DNA from: Chiloscyllium plagiosum | Lineage: Eukaryota | NCBI RefSeq assembly: GCF_004010195.1 | Contig: NC_057750.1 | Coordinates: forward strand, 14,177,221 to 14,241,220 | Direction: 5' to 3' | Length of the DNA: 64,000 bases | In this document: positions 39,366 to 52,261 of the stretch, piece after piece | Layout: the number at the start of each line of letters is the position of its first letter | How positions within the stretch are numbered: position 1 is the first letter of the stretch | The notes under the pieces: model-generated | What the model saw: the letters and a program-made list of their open reading frames with translations, nothing else | Database searches by the model: none | Told to the model about the DNA's origin: nothing | Program-made: the position numbers and the translations under genes

Positions 39366-39859
39366 TGCTTGTCTGCAATGTCATGCCAACATTTATTTGC
39401 ATGCTTAGTATATGCTGACTCATCAAACCAAGCTGTATTTTTATGCAGTGAAGATCCTCTTTAGGTAAGCAGTTACTACATGGTTTGAAATTATTCAGCC
39501 TAGGTTGCCCTACTGAATCTATTGTTTAATAATTGAAAAAAGTTACGACTTTTTAGTGGTACATGCTCTGTGTAATTCAAGATATTACTCTTAACTGATT
39601 TTCTTTTCAAAGACTTTGAATCTTCTGTATTCCATTTCTAAACATCTTTCATTGAGCATGCTGAATATGTCACAGTCATCAATTCATGCTTATACGTCAA
39701 GGCACTGTTAGTTAACACTTCTTTCACTGTGGTTTCAAATAAAGTTTAAATGTGTCTAGTTATCTGTAAGTACTGTACTATTTACATTGATGTATCAGTG
39801 AAATAATAAAACTGGTAAAAAGTGATGTATTCCTTGCAGGTAGCTGTTTGGGATTAAAG

Positions 39860-40095
39860 CATGGTGGTGTAGTGGTAATGTTACTGGGCCAGTAATCCAG
39901 AGGCATCTGGTGGACTTTGAATTCAATTAATACGTAAGAGCCTAACATATAGCAACTATCATTGTTGTTAAAAACCCGTCTGGTTCACTGATGTCCTTTA
40001 GGGAAAGAAATTTGCCATCCTTACCCGATCTGGCCTACACCCACATCAATACCATTGACTCTTAACTACCCTCTGCAATGACTTAGCAAGCCCAC
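39860..40095 (+). mobile_element. tRNA-derived SINE, unclassified family
   Basis: GGTGGTGTAGTGGTAATG A-box-like head with repeat-like body. Confidence 0.55.
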
Positions 40096-40189
40096 AATCC
40101 ACAGAAGAATAAAAGAGGCTCAATTTTATGTTTTAAACGTGTACTGATACCTGGAAAGCAGACTGACAGGTGAAGAGAGATGGATTGAA

Positions 40190-43100
40190 TCATTTAGGAT
40201 TATATTCATTTGAGTTTACAAGAAGGAGAGGGGATGTCATAGAACCCTATAAAATTCTAGAATGGATAAGTGCAAGAAGGATGTTTCCAATCTCTGGGGA
40301 ATCTAGAACGAGGAGTCACAGTGTAAGGATATGAGGTAGGTCATTTAGGACTGAGATGAGGAGAAAATTCTTCATATAGATTGATGAGCCTTTGGAATTT
40401 TCTGCCATAGAAAGTAGTTCAGGCCAAAATACATACTGTGTTCAAGAAAGAAATATAGAATTAGAGTATCCTTTACTGTCACGTTCGCTCCAGTACAGAA
40501 GTACAGTGAAAAGTTTGACAATGTCTCACCTTATGGTGTCATCTTAGGTACTCAGTGCATAGGTACAAATCTTAGATTCAAAAGAAGAATAAAAAACAAA
40601 GTAGTTGCATTATTTTACAGTGATTCATAATAGAAGTTAGTGAAAAGGATAAACATTACATTGCAGTAACTCAGCACAGGAGCCCCCATTCACACTGCAC
40701 CAGACCCAGGCCAACAACTGTCTCTGCTCTGCACTGATTGTCAATGCTCCAAGGTAGGGTTTCTCTGGACTGTTTTCCCCATGTCGGTTTCCCCTTGGGG
40801 ATTGCGTCCCCTCGACGGCCTCCCCTCGCCGGCCCCCGCTCTGTAACTGCTTCCCCACGCCAGGCTCCACTCTGGGACTGCTTCCCCACGCCAGGCTCCA
40901 CTCTAGGACTGCTTCCCCTCGCCATCCTCCACTCTGGAACTGCTTCCCCACGCCAGTCTCCGCTCTGGGACTGCTTCCCCTCGCCAGGCTCCACTCTGGA
41001 ACTGCTTCCCCACGCCAGGCTCCACTATGGGACTGCTTCCCCACGCCAGCCTCCGCTCTGGGACTGCTTCCCCACGCCAGGCTCCGCTCTGGGACTGCTT
41101 CCCCACGCCAGGCTCCACTCTGGAACTGCTTCCCCACGCCAGCCTCCGCTCTGGGACTGCTTCCCCTCGCCAGGCTCCACTCTGGAACTGCTTCCCCACG
41201 CCAGCCTCCACTCTGGGACTGCTTCCCCTCGCCAGGCTCCACTCTGGAACTGCTTCCCCACGCCAGTCTCCGCTCTGGGACTGCTTCCCCTCGCCAGGCT
41301 CCACTCTGGAACTGCTTCCCCTCGCCATCCTCCACTCTGGGACTGCTTCCCCTCGCCATCCTCCACTCTGGGACTGCTTCCCCTCGCCATCCTCCACTCT
41401 GGGACTGCTTCCCCTCGCCATCCTCCACTCTGGGACTGCTTCCCCTCGCCATCCTCCACTCTGGGACTGCTTCCCCTCGCCATCCTCCACTCTGGGACTG
41501 CTTCCCCTCGCCATCCTCCACTCTGGGACTGCTTCCCCACGCCATCCTCCACTCTGGGACTGCTTCCCCTCGCCAGGCTCCACTCTGGAACTGCTTCCCC
41601 ACGCCAGCCTCCACTCTGTGACTGCTTCCCCACGCCATCCTCCGCTCTGGGACTGCTTCCCCTCGCCAGGCTCCACTATGGGACTGCTTCCAACTCGCCA
41701 TCCTCCACTCTGGGACTGCTTCCCCTCGCCATCCTCCACTCTGGGACTGCTTCCCTTCGCTATCCTCCACTCTGGGACTGCTTCCCCTCGCCAGCCTCCA
41801 CTCTGTGACTGCTTCCCCACGCCGGCCCCCGCTCTGGAACTGCTTCCCCACGCCAGCCTCCGCTCTGGGACTGCTTCCCCTCGCCAGGCTCCGCTCTGGG
41901 ACTGCTTCCCCTCGCCATCCTCCACTCTGGGACTGCTCCCCCTCGCCGTCCTCCACTCTGGGACTGCTTCCCCTCGCCAGGCTCCGCTCTGGGACTGCTT
42001 CCCCACGCCGGCCCCCACTCTGGAACTGCTTCCCCACGCCAGCCTCTGCTCTGGGACTGCTCCCCCTCGCCATCCTCCACTCTGGGACTGCTTCCCCCCG
42101 CCAGGCTCCGCTCTGGGACTGCTTCCCCTCGCCATCCTCCACTCTGGGACTGCTTCCCCTCGCCAGGCTCCACTCTGTGACTGCTTCCCCTCGCCAGGCT
42201 CCGCTCTGGGACTGCTTCCCCTCGCCAGGCTCCGCTCTGGGACTGCTTCCCCTCGCCAGGCTCCACTCTGGGACTGCTTCCCCTCACCAGGCTCCGCTCC
42301 GGGACAGTTTCCCCTCGCTGGCCTCCCCTCTGGGACTGCTTCCCCTCGCCAGGCTCCGCTCCGGGATTGCTTCCCCTCGCCAGGCTCCGCTCTGGGACTG
42401 CTTCCCCTCGCCAGGCTCCGCTCTGGAACTACTTCCCCTCGCCAGGCTCCGCTCTGGAACTACTTCCTCTTGCCGGTCTCCGCTCTGGGATTACCTCCCC
42501 TCGCCGGCCTCCCCTCTGGGACTGCTTCCCCTCGCCAGGCTCCGCTCTGGAACTACTTCCCCTCGCCAGGCTCCGCTCTGGGATTGACTCCCCTCACCGG
42601 CCTTCGCTCTGGGACTACTTCCCCTCGCCAGGCTCTGCTCTGGGATTGCCTCCCCTCGCCGCCCTCCACTCTGGGACTGTTTCCCCTCGCCGGCCTCTGC
42701 TCTGGACTGTTTCCCCTTCCCGGCCTCCACTCTGGGACTGCTTCCCCTCGCCAGGCTCCGCTCTGGGACTGCTTCCCCTCGCCAGGCTCCGCTCTGGGAC
42801 TGCTTCCCCTCGCCAGCCTCCGCTCTGGGACTGCTTCCCCTCGCCAGGCTCCACTCTGGGACTGCTTCCCCTCGCCAGGCTCCACTCTGGGACTGCTTCC
42901 CCTCGCCAGGCTCCGCTCTGGGACTGCTTCCCCTCGCCAGCTTCCGCTCTGGGACTGCTTCCCCTCGCCAGGCTCCACTCTGGAACTGCTTCCCCTCGCC
43001 AGCCTCCGCTCTGGGACTGCTTCCCCTCGCCAGGCTCCACTCTGGGACTGCTTCCCCTCGCCAGGCTCCACTCTGGCTCTGCTTCCCCTCGCCAGGCTCC

Positions 43101-43290
43101 ACTCTGGGACTACTTCCCCTCGCCGGCCTCTGGTCTGGAACTCTCATATAGTTGTTGGGGCTAAAAGCATCAAAGGGTATGAGGCACAAGCAGGAACAGG
43201 ATACTGAGTTAGATGATTCAGCCACGATCGTATAATGAATGGCAGAGCGGGATGAAAGTGCTGAATGGCCTCCACATGTTCCTATTTTCT
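40190..43290 (+). mobile_element. CR1 3' fragment split by a 2.7-kb insertion (parts about 40190-40458 and 43146-43290)
   Basis: CR1 3' sequence ...GTGTTCAAGAAAG..ATATAG resumes as ATATAGTTGTTGGGGCTAAAAGCATCAAAGGG. Confidence 0.75.
40765..43142 (+). repeat. 31-bp GC-rich minisatellite, roughly 75 units, consensus TCGCCAGGCTCCRCTCTGGGACTGCTTCCCC
   Basis: Directly visible; 31-aa periodicity of ORFs equals three 31-nt units. Confidence 0.98.
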
Positions 43291-45447
43291 ATGTCTTTGG
43301 TCTTGACTGCAAAAGGTCTGCTTGCCTGCTGTGTTGGAGGCCCTGAGTCAAGCTTATAGTTATTTTGGTATTATTGGCCCCAAATTTCTGATGGGCGGAT
43401 GGTCATTACAGAAACATAAATAGGAGTTGTGCCTCGGAACCATGTGGATGTTTTGATGTTGTTGACTGCTTACTCCCTGAGAATAGATCGAAAATTAAAA
43501 CTTCCTTTAGGCCATTACCTGGCACCTGGAAACCTCCAGTGAAGTCCCCAACTCTGAATTAGAGTTGTTAACTTGAGAGGGTTCCACTTGACTTTGTTTA
43601 ATATTGTAGTTACTCAGAAGATGTTAACTGTATTACAACATGTTTTAATTCCTGGGTAATAATTAAACTGACTGCTCCTCTTTGAATCCCAATGACACTT
43701 GACCCTACCCATTTACGCCTTTTGATCTGACCTCATTCAACTCCTTGCACGCCTAACCTGATACCCCTGATCTCTCCAAGCACTCACCTACCAACCTGCC
43801 TTAGCACCCCACCCTCTTCCCATCCAGCACCCTAAATCCTTGCCCACCTGGCACAGGAGCCCCTTCCCCACCCAGCATCGCATCTGTTCACCCACTTGAC
43901 ACCCTAGCCCCATGCCCACTCAGCAGAGCACACCCTACCCGAACTAGTACCCCACTTCATTGATTTTGCATATTTGTGTTCACCAGTGTCTATGAAAGTA
44001 GCTTGAAAACCTTTTAATCCCAAAGTATATCTGGAATTGTTGTGAAGAAGTGTGTGGTTTCTTGTTTTGATTCACTTTGTTGCTGTCTGCTTGGATTTCT
44101 TCACTGGACTTGATTTGCTCCCTTTGAGAGAGCTTCTGGCCCAGAAGTTTGCACATAAAACTCCTCCAGAGAGAAGTACTTTTCTTGTTTAATCAAGATT
44201 GAACTGAAATTGGGTTTCTGATCTTGATCAGTGGGGCTGAGCCACATTGGCTCACTTTAGAGGTAACATCATTATTTCTTTAAACCAATATTGAGAATTA
44301 TTTGCTATAATTTGAATGATGAAAAATTTTACACCAAATAATTTTGATTTGTAACACCTGTCATTGGTTAAATACCATTCTGTGTCTCAGTTGTCATAGT
44401 TGATACATAGCAATTGTGCTGCCCTTCTGGGTGTAAAATCAAAATTAAATTCATTCAGTTGAGACTTTCACATAATGTTTTACTGTTCAATCAGCAAATA
44501 TGATTGATCCAAGTAGATCTTTTGGGATATGAGGGTTACTAGCAAGGCCAGCATTTATTGCCCTTATTTTCCTTGCATGTTTATGAGCCTTCTGAAACTG
44601 AGTGGCTGTCCACAGGGTAGGTAAGAGACAACCACATGGAGTCAGATTGGAGTCACATGCACAGTAAGTGTTTCAGACAGGTAAGGTGTAGTCCAGGCTT
44701 CTGTATTACTATTCTGGTAATGTTACAGCTATGATATTATCTCCCAACAGTTTGATGTTGGCTGATATTTGCAAGGAACAGTACGTTTTGAATTACATTG
44801 GTTAAAAATATAGATAAAAAGCAACTGGAAAATTTGTTACGTGCAGGGAACCCAGATGTATGCACAACTGGTAAATTTTATTAATTTCACTGCAAAACAT
44901 TACTATATTTTTGGATATTTTCAAGTAACTGTATATTGCATGAGCAGGACTACGAATCAATAAATGTTAAGTAACAAGTTGACTTTATCTGAAACCATAA
45001 GATTGAAGCTGCTCTAGTTCAGAAAAGGGAAGTAACAAAAAGAGTGTGTGTTTGGTCATTACAGTTCATGTCATCATTTTTATTTCTTCATAGCAAACTG
45101 CATTTAAGAAAATATTTCTGAACGTGGTTAGTAATTAAGAAGTTATTTTGCTTCCCCACCTGTAACAATTAAAAGGACATAAAATGTCTCCATATCTAGT
45201 GATTAGCATTCCAAAATGTTCTATGATTATTGCATCAACCACAACCACTAATTTTGGCCACAAGATCTTATACTTTACTGTTTAATTTGACCTAATGTAT
45301 AATCTGCTTTATTTTAGATCACTGTGTCATCAAAATTACTGTTAGAAATTGGACTAGCCAGGGGAAAGTGGGGATAGTCTAAAAAGTAGTGCAAGTTGAA
45401 AATAATATACTTTTTCTGATTTTCATTTTTTTTATCTGCTATGCAAG

Positions 45448-45468
45448 CCTCTTGATCTGGACAAATGG
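45448..45468 (+). CDS. RYR1: Candidate 21-nt in-frame microexon, PLDLDKW
   Basis: T-rich tract then tgctatgcaag|CCTCTTGATCTGGACAAATGG|gtatgt; phase 0/0 fits neighbours; same size, position and xxDxxKW pattern as RYR2 exon 4 (QVDVEKW). Confidence 0.72.
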
Positions 45469-48400
45469 GTATGTTGGTGTGTCTACTGATCTGTGGTTTT
45501 GTTGCTGTGCCCCTTTTATAAACCATTTTAAATCCCTTGTCATAGGTGATTAGCAGTCAGTGCATGAGCTCTAACACATTTCACTTCACTCATAAAGGCC
45601 CTGTTCAAACCTTGTATAACAATTTAATTTCATTGCATTCATTTCACTGCAATGCAGTAAGCTAAATCCTTACTTTACTCTGAAGTTCTGATGTAAAATG
45701 GTGTAAGTGTGAAGAAATAAGTATATTGTATTTCAGGAAACTAGTTTATTTCTTGTTCTGTGCAATGCACAAAGAACAATTTCTTAACATATTTGTATCT
45801 TTTACTCATAATGATCTTGACCTTTTATCTTTTTTGCATTCAGATTTTGTTTCTGGGTTCTTGCGTTTTCTGTTCAATTCACTGCATTTTATTTTTCACC
45901 AAGAAAAAACATTTGGAAAAACAGTGTTCTTTTACCTAGGTTAGGAATGGGTATGGAATTACCTGTTCATGCAGTGTACCTTATTTTCCAAAAAATCTTG
46001 ATACTTTCACAAGACCTAGATAGATATTAAAGGGGAATATCACTGCCGGGGAAATTGTGTACAGTACGACACAGATATTTTGCTACATCTCCCTGAGAGG
46101 CAATATTTGCATTATTCATACTTGAAGCGAAGCTGGAGATGCCCACAACTGGCACCTATTTAGATGCGTTCAGCATTCATTTAGATGCTGTTATGCTTAA
46201 TGAACATTTGCACCTATTTTCCACCAGTATTTGACTTCTGAGTTCTGTTCCCAATGTTCAGACATGTTGGTGGTTCAGTTTTGATTTGCACATTGTCCTA
46301 CCTGATTCAAAATCATCCCATACTTGAACAGGTATCTTCGACTCTGGGGTTCTTCTTGATTTAAACAGCCATTGACATCACTTCCCAGGGATGAAATGTT
46401 GTTTTCGATGATTTCCTTCTTCCGCTTTCATATAATATTTTCGGCTTTCGTTGTTCCTTTCTTGAAGATGAAACTCATTGTCGGCATAATTGTTCCTCTG
46501 GTGCTTCACCACTAAGACTATCATCTGTTCAACCATAGCTGCCTGGTCATATTTTTACCAGTTAACTACACAGAAACAATTGGTGCAATTGAGTCTATCT
46601 AAGACTCAGGAATTCCTTTTTGTTCCCATTTTATGTCTTGAAAGAATGAGTGGAGTCTGTGTCCTCTTCAAAGATATTCAATATGATGAACTACATTACC
46701 TAAAACCTAGTAAGTGGCTGTCTGAACCTGTTGCACTATTATTGAAGATCATGGCTGATATTCTATCTGACCCCTCTGTATCCTCATATTTCATGATTCT
46801 TAGTGCCAAAAGTCTAATGATCTTCATATTAACCAGAATTAACGATTGAAAATCCATAATCCTATGAGGTAAATAATTTTAAAGATTAATTACTCGGAAG
46901 AAATTTGCTTGTTTTCATAGCAAATGGCTGACCCCTCACAAGATGCTATGAATCCCAACTCTAATAGTCTAACTAGGCGAATTAACTTGCAACAACTACA
47001 ATGTTAAGCCCTCAAAGAATTTTAATGTTCCAATGAGGGTATGTCTCATTCTTTTAAAGTTCATTTAAGTAGCTATTTCATCTCCATCTCACATTGGACA
47101 AGGAGTCAATGGAGTGTACCTTTGTAACATCCCTCCTAAGGTGAATATAGCCCTCCTTGGGTAAGAAGATCAAAACTGTTAAGGGTACTTCAAGTGCTGT
47201 CCCACTGATACCCTACATGATTGCTTTGAAGTAGTGGCTGCATTTGTAGCTGGCAGACCCAGTACCAATTATTCTTTCTCATGTAGTTCTTCTCTTGTGA
47301 CAGTTACTTTGATTATTTTCAGCAGCCCTTTCATAAAGGACTATGAAATAAAGCAGCCAAAACTGTGATACTTGATCAAAACTGTAGTGCAGATCATTTA
47401 TCATAAATTAACCACACGTGAATTCTGAAATAGTATTGGTCAATAGCTGTTAAAATACAGTATGTTAACTATCTTTGTCACGTTTTCTCAGGTTAGAGAA
47501 ATTCACATTTTATGTTTATCATCTTTCAAAGTCAGTTTCTTCAACATTTCCAATTATACAATGCAAATACTTTTAATCCTTGATAAAGACTAATGTTCCT
47601 CTTTAACACCACATCTCCCTGATTATTGATGAAAGCAGTCATGCTAATCAGAAGTTTGAACTCTCTATTTTTAGATAATAGTATATTAAAAGGTTTCTAC
47701 AAAATTAATTCTCTGTTTTGATTAATTTAATTTATGTCCTGCATTACTTTGACATTTAGATACTGCTGAAGCTTATTACTGAATTTCTAAGAAAACAAAC
47801 TTGATTTTTTGGAAGCCAAAAGCACATTCATACAATATTAGAACTTCTGCTTTTTCTCTTGAATTGGTATAATGTTTCAAGACTTTTTCTTCTTGCTGTG
47901 TTTAAAATAGCATACAGCCTGCCACACCTTTTAGAAACACTGTACAATATTTGGCTGAACAGGGCCATTTTCCTCCCAGCGCTTCAACCCTTTAGCAAGC
48001 CAAGTACAGTACACGCCACATAAAAACAGCGGCTGGTGCAAGTGGACTTTTAAGTGCTTTGTGCAATTGTATATTATTATACTTAAAGGGATACATCACA
48101 TCTACACCCCAGGGCATGCCATTTTGTGGCTGCTACACCTACCTAAAATAGAATTTATATATTTTGCAGGACAAAAATAGAAATATTAAAATGAGATTTA
48201 GGTAAGCTGCTCTGTAGAGAAATGATTAAGCTGTCTGATTTTACTTGGTGTGTACTGATTTTTTCTTTGTTTATTTGTGTTGTGGTGATTTTATAACCTT
48301 TCACCTGGTAGCTAAAGGGTTACTTACCTAATTCAAATTACTAAAGTTTATAATAACCTTGATTAAATGTGAAATGGTTGTTATTATAATCTAATAACAC

Positions 48401-49242
48401 CATTATTTATCAAATGGAGGTGTTTCATTGCTAATCAGGTAGGTAATTTGTACTATGTTTTATCTTAATTCTGTGTTGAAAATTGTAATTAAAATGGTAT
48501 TCTCTTCAGATGTTGCAACCATTTTACAGCTATTCCCATTTATTGTGGATCATTTTCAGGCAGTTATTTCTTTATTATTTGCAAATCTGCTTTGAAAGTT
48601 TGCAAAGCCTTTTTAAATGTTTTGAAGGGCATAAATAGTGCCAATAACAAGTTACCATAAATACAGATGCAGCTCTTAAGCCGATTTGTATGCTAAATGA
48701 ATAATATTTATTCTGTTTCAAGATTTTGTTTTATTGTTGCATAACTTGTATCATAATTCCTACAGAAACATTAGGCCACAACGTAGGAACTCGTCTTACT
48801 AAAACTTATTAAGAATGAAGTATGAGGGTAAAAAAGGCAAAACATTCCAGAAATCTGAAATAAAATGAAAGAAAAGCTGATAATGCTCAACATGTATTGC
48901 AGCATCTTTGAGAGAGAAACTACGTCTGATGAATTTTCTTCAGAAGTTGCTGGAATCTAAGTAATTTCTTTGTACTTTGACTGGCCTGAAAATAAAGAAA
49001 TGATTGTGCAAATTGTCAGTGAAATTTTGAGAACAATTTATAACTAATAGCTATAAGATCAACCATTTCTAGTAAAGAGGTTTGGTTGTGGCAGTAGCAC
49101 AATTGGATAATAACTCGATTTCCCGCTCATCCATCCTGTCATAACTTCTCAAAATTCTATTTTTCAATACAGTTATCGTCATTGGTGTTTAGGTGAATAA
49201 GAGTTAAAGTCTCAATCTGCTCAAACTGCCTTCATAAGACAA

Positions 49243-49626
49243 AGTTAAGAATCACAACACTGGGTTATAGTCCAACAGGTTTATTTGGAAGTATCAGCTT
49301 TTGGAGCACTGCTCCTTCGTCAAGTAGTTCGTGGGGAGGGATCATAAGACGTGGAATTTATAGCACAAGATCATAGTGTCATGCAACTGATGTGATATAT
49401 TGAACAAACCTTGATTGCTGTTCAACAGATAACAGCAGTCTAGGTTTGTTCAATATATTGTATCAGTTGCATGACACTATGATCCTGTGCTATAAATTGT
49501 GTCATATGATCCTGCCCCACTAGCAGTGCTCCGAAAGCTTGTACTTCCAAATAAACCTGATGGACTATAACATGGTGTGGTGTGATTTTTAACTTTGTCC
49601 ATCCCAGTCCAACACTGGCACCTCCT
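49243..49626. mobile_element. Palindromic Penelope-derived (MER6-like) element with 13-bp TSD, nested in CR1
   Basis: Imperfect inverted arms centred near 49425; direct repeat CTTCATAAGACAA at 49230-49242 and 49627-49639. Confidence 0.85.
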
Positions 49627-50429
49627 CTTCATAAGACAAGTCTTTTCTCCCAGAAATCAATCAGTGTCCCTTTTCTGAACTCTTTGAATGCAAATATAAC
49701 TTCAATAAGGAGACCAAAAATATACAAAGTAATCCACATGCATTCTCACTGATGCACAACATCACTGCATCAAGATTTCTGCACTTGCAATAAAGGCAAA
49801 TATTCTATTTACCTTCCTAATTACTTGTTTCATTGCATGCTAGCATTTTGTGATTTGTCCACAGGGATATCTCTAAGGTGCAATATTTATTTTACTGCTG
49901 TCTTCCTTTCTATGTACTTATAGAAGACTTTACTGTCTGTTTTAATAGTTTTGCTAGTTTTCTTTAAAACTTCAATTTCTTCCTTTGTTTATTGATCCAG
50001 TGCTAATATCTACAAGTTTCCCCATCTTCTGAGCTATTGATCTTTTGGAACCTTATGCATGCTATCTTTCAATTTGATCCCAGCCCTAACTTGCTTATTC
50101 AAAGATGTTGCATCCTTTTCAATGTTGAGATATGAAATAACTCCTTAAATTTTGTCAGTACTTCTCTATCATCTTATCTTTAAACCTGTTTCCCCACTCT
50201 CCTTCAGCCAACCCTGTTTTTACATTAGCTATAAAGACAAAGTGCTGAAAAAGCTCAGCAGGTCTGGCATAATCTGTGGAGAAAGAAATGGAGGTAACAT
50301 TTCAAGTCCAGTATGACAAGTCATAGCAACATAGAAATATAGAAAATATGAACAGGAGTAGGTCATTAAGCCCTTCAAGATTACTTTGCAATTCTTTATG
50401 ATTATGACTGAACATCCAGTTCAATAACT

Positions 50430-51210
50430 AAGAGAAAATGAAGACTACAGATGCTGGAGTATCAGAGTCACTGTGATGCAGGAAAAAGCACAGCAGGTCA
50501 GGCAACGTCTGAGGAGCAGGAGAGTTAATGTTTCGGGCATAAGCCCATCATCAGGAAAGTGGAGGGGGAAGGGGGCTGAGAGATAAATAGGGGCTTGGGG
50601 CTGGGGGTGAGGTAGATGGGAAGGCAATAGGTGGATGAAGGTAGGAGGTGATTGTGATGGTCGGTGGGAAGGGTGGCATGGATAGGTAGGAAAGAAGATG
50701 GGCAGGTAGTCAGGTCAAGAGGGCAGTGCCAAGGGTTGGATCTGAGGTGCTCACAGAGCGGTTCAGGGAACATCTCTGGTCCGCATCTCTGGTCAACCTC
50801 ACCACCCTGTAGCTAACCACTTCAACTCCCCCTCACACCCGCCTAAGGGCACACAAATCCTGAGCCTCCACCACCAAATCAAAGTCATCTGCCAACTGGA
50901 GGAAGAACACCTCATATTCTGCCTCAGGACCCTACAACCACATGGCATCAATATTGACTTCACCAGATTCCAAATCCCCCCACCCCCTACCTCATCCCAG
51001 ATCCAACCCGGCACCACATTCTTGACCTGACCTACCTGTTCATCTTCCTACCCACCTATCCGCTCCACCCTCCCCACTGATCTATCACAATCACCTCCTA
51101 CCTGCATTCACTTATTGCCTTCCCACCTAGCTTCCCCCCCATCCCAAGCCCAATCCTTACTTATCTCAGCCCTTCCCCCTCCACATTCCTGATGAAAGGC
51201 TTATGCCCAT
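50430..51210. mobile_element. Penelope-like 3' fragment with inverted terminal copy
   Basis: Minus arm about 50430-50745, plus arm about 50995-51208; between them ERFREHL..HPVANHFNSPSH and LEEEHLIFCLRTLQPHGINIDF. Confidence 0.85.
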
Positions 51211-52041
51211 CACCAAGACACATCTTCTGGACTGTTTTGATTATCATAGGATGTGTTTTTTTAAAAATCAAATACAGTCCATCCACCTACGTTCTGCTTC
51301 GTAGCTCACAGAAAACCTTGCAGCCTCTTCTCTGTGCTGTTTACACCGTTTGCAACCTGATATCTCTCTGAGAGCCCCTACTCCCTCACGCTTCCAGTCT
51401 GCAAGTCTGCGCAGAATGAGCCCAGCAGGTCTTGTCATTGTTTCTAGCTGCCCACATTTTGCATCTTGTTTTCAGTAAGACTCCTGTTGCCATGGTAACC
51501 AGGCCACTCAGGTTTGTTTTTGAGCAAAATTTGTCGAGACAATGTAATCTCTTAAAAAAAAACTTGCATTCATAACAAGGCTAATGGTAGGTTCATTTGC
51601 AAAATACAGGGTCAGTAAAAGTTTTGACCTGTACAACATTAATGATCTTGTGATGCATTGATTTTTTTCGTTGTGTCTTGTCCTGACTCTCTAGATTCAA
51701 TCCCATGCCGAGAGCTTGTTGGCTACGGAACGTGCTTTCTCATGTGATCAAACAGGTTGACTATCAGTCTGTAAATCCTTCCCATATGCCTGATGGTACA
51801 TGGTAGGAAAGGAAGAGTTTCCTGGTCAACTAACCTGCAGAATGCAATGGCAAACCATTACAGTACTTTGCCAATAAGTGTGGGCCAATTCAATGAAAGT
51901 CCATGACCCCAAAGCTCAGAAATTAGATTGGAGAAACGGCAGACAACACTGATAAGTAATTGAAATACAAGAGTTCAGAATCTTTTCTGATTTGTTCCAA
52001 AATTATCTAACATTGTCTCTCATGAAGGTTTCTGCAGTGTT

Positions 52042-52261
52042 TGTAACTAGGTCAGCCAGTTCGACCTCATAGAATATAAGTTCCCTGATCGGGGCTATTA
52101 ACCTAGTCCCGTCAGGGAGCTCTGACTTACAGATATAAACAGGAGAATCAGAGGTTCTGTTCTCTCTGAGAGCTAGTTCTGAAGAAGCCAGACCAGCGTC
52201 AAGTGCTATGCACGTGTAAATAAAGGGTTTACATGATATCCGCCTCTGAGGAGATATCTCA
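52042..52261 (+). mobile_element. Probable short solo LTR
   Basis: TG...CA ends, TATA-like GATATAAAC, AATAAA; no convincing TSD. Confidence 0.45.

Noticed and set aside
40765..43142. CRISPR-like array
   Set aside because: Head-to-tail units with no unique spacers; eukaryotic intron; no cas genes.
40637..43225. Long ORFs (up to 726 aa) on both strands
   Set aside because: By-products of a stop-free 31-bp repeat; no domain or splice support.
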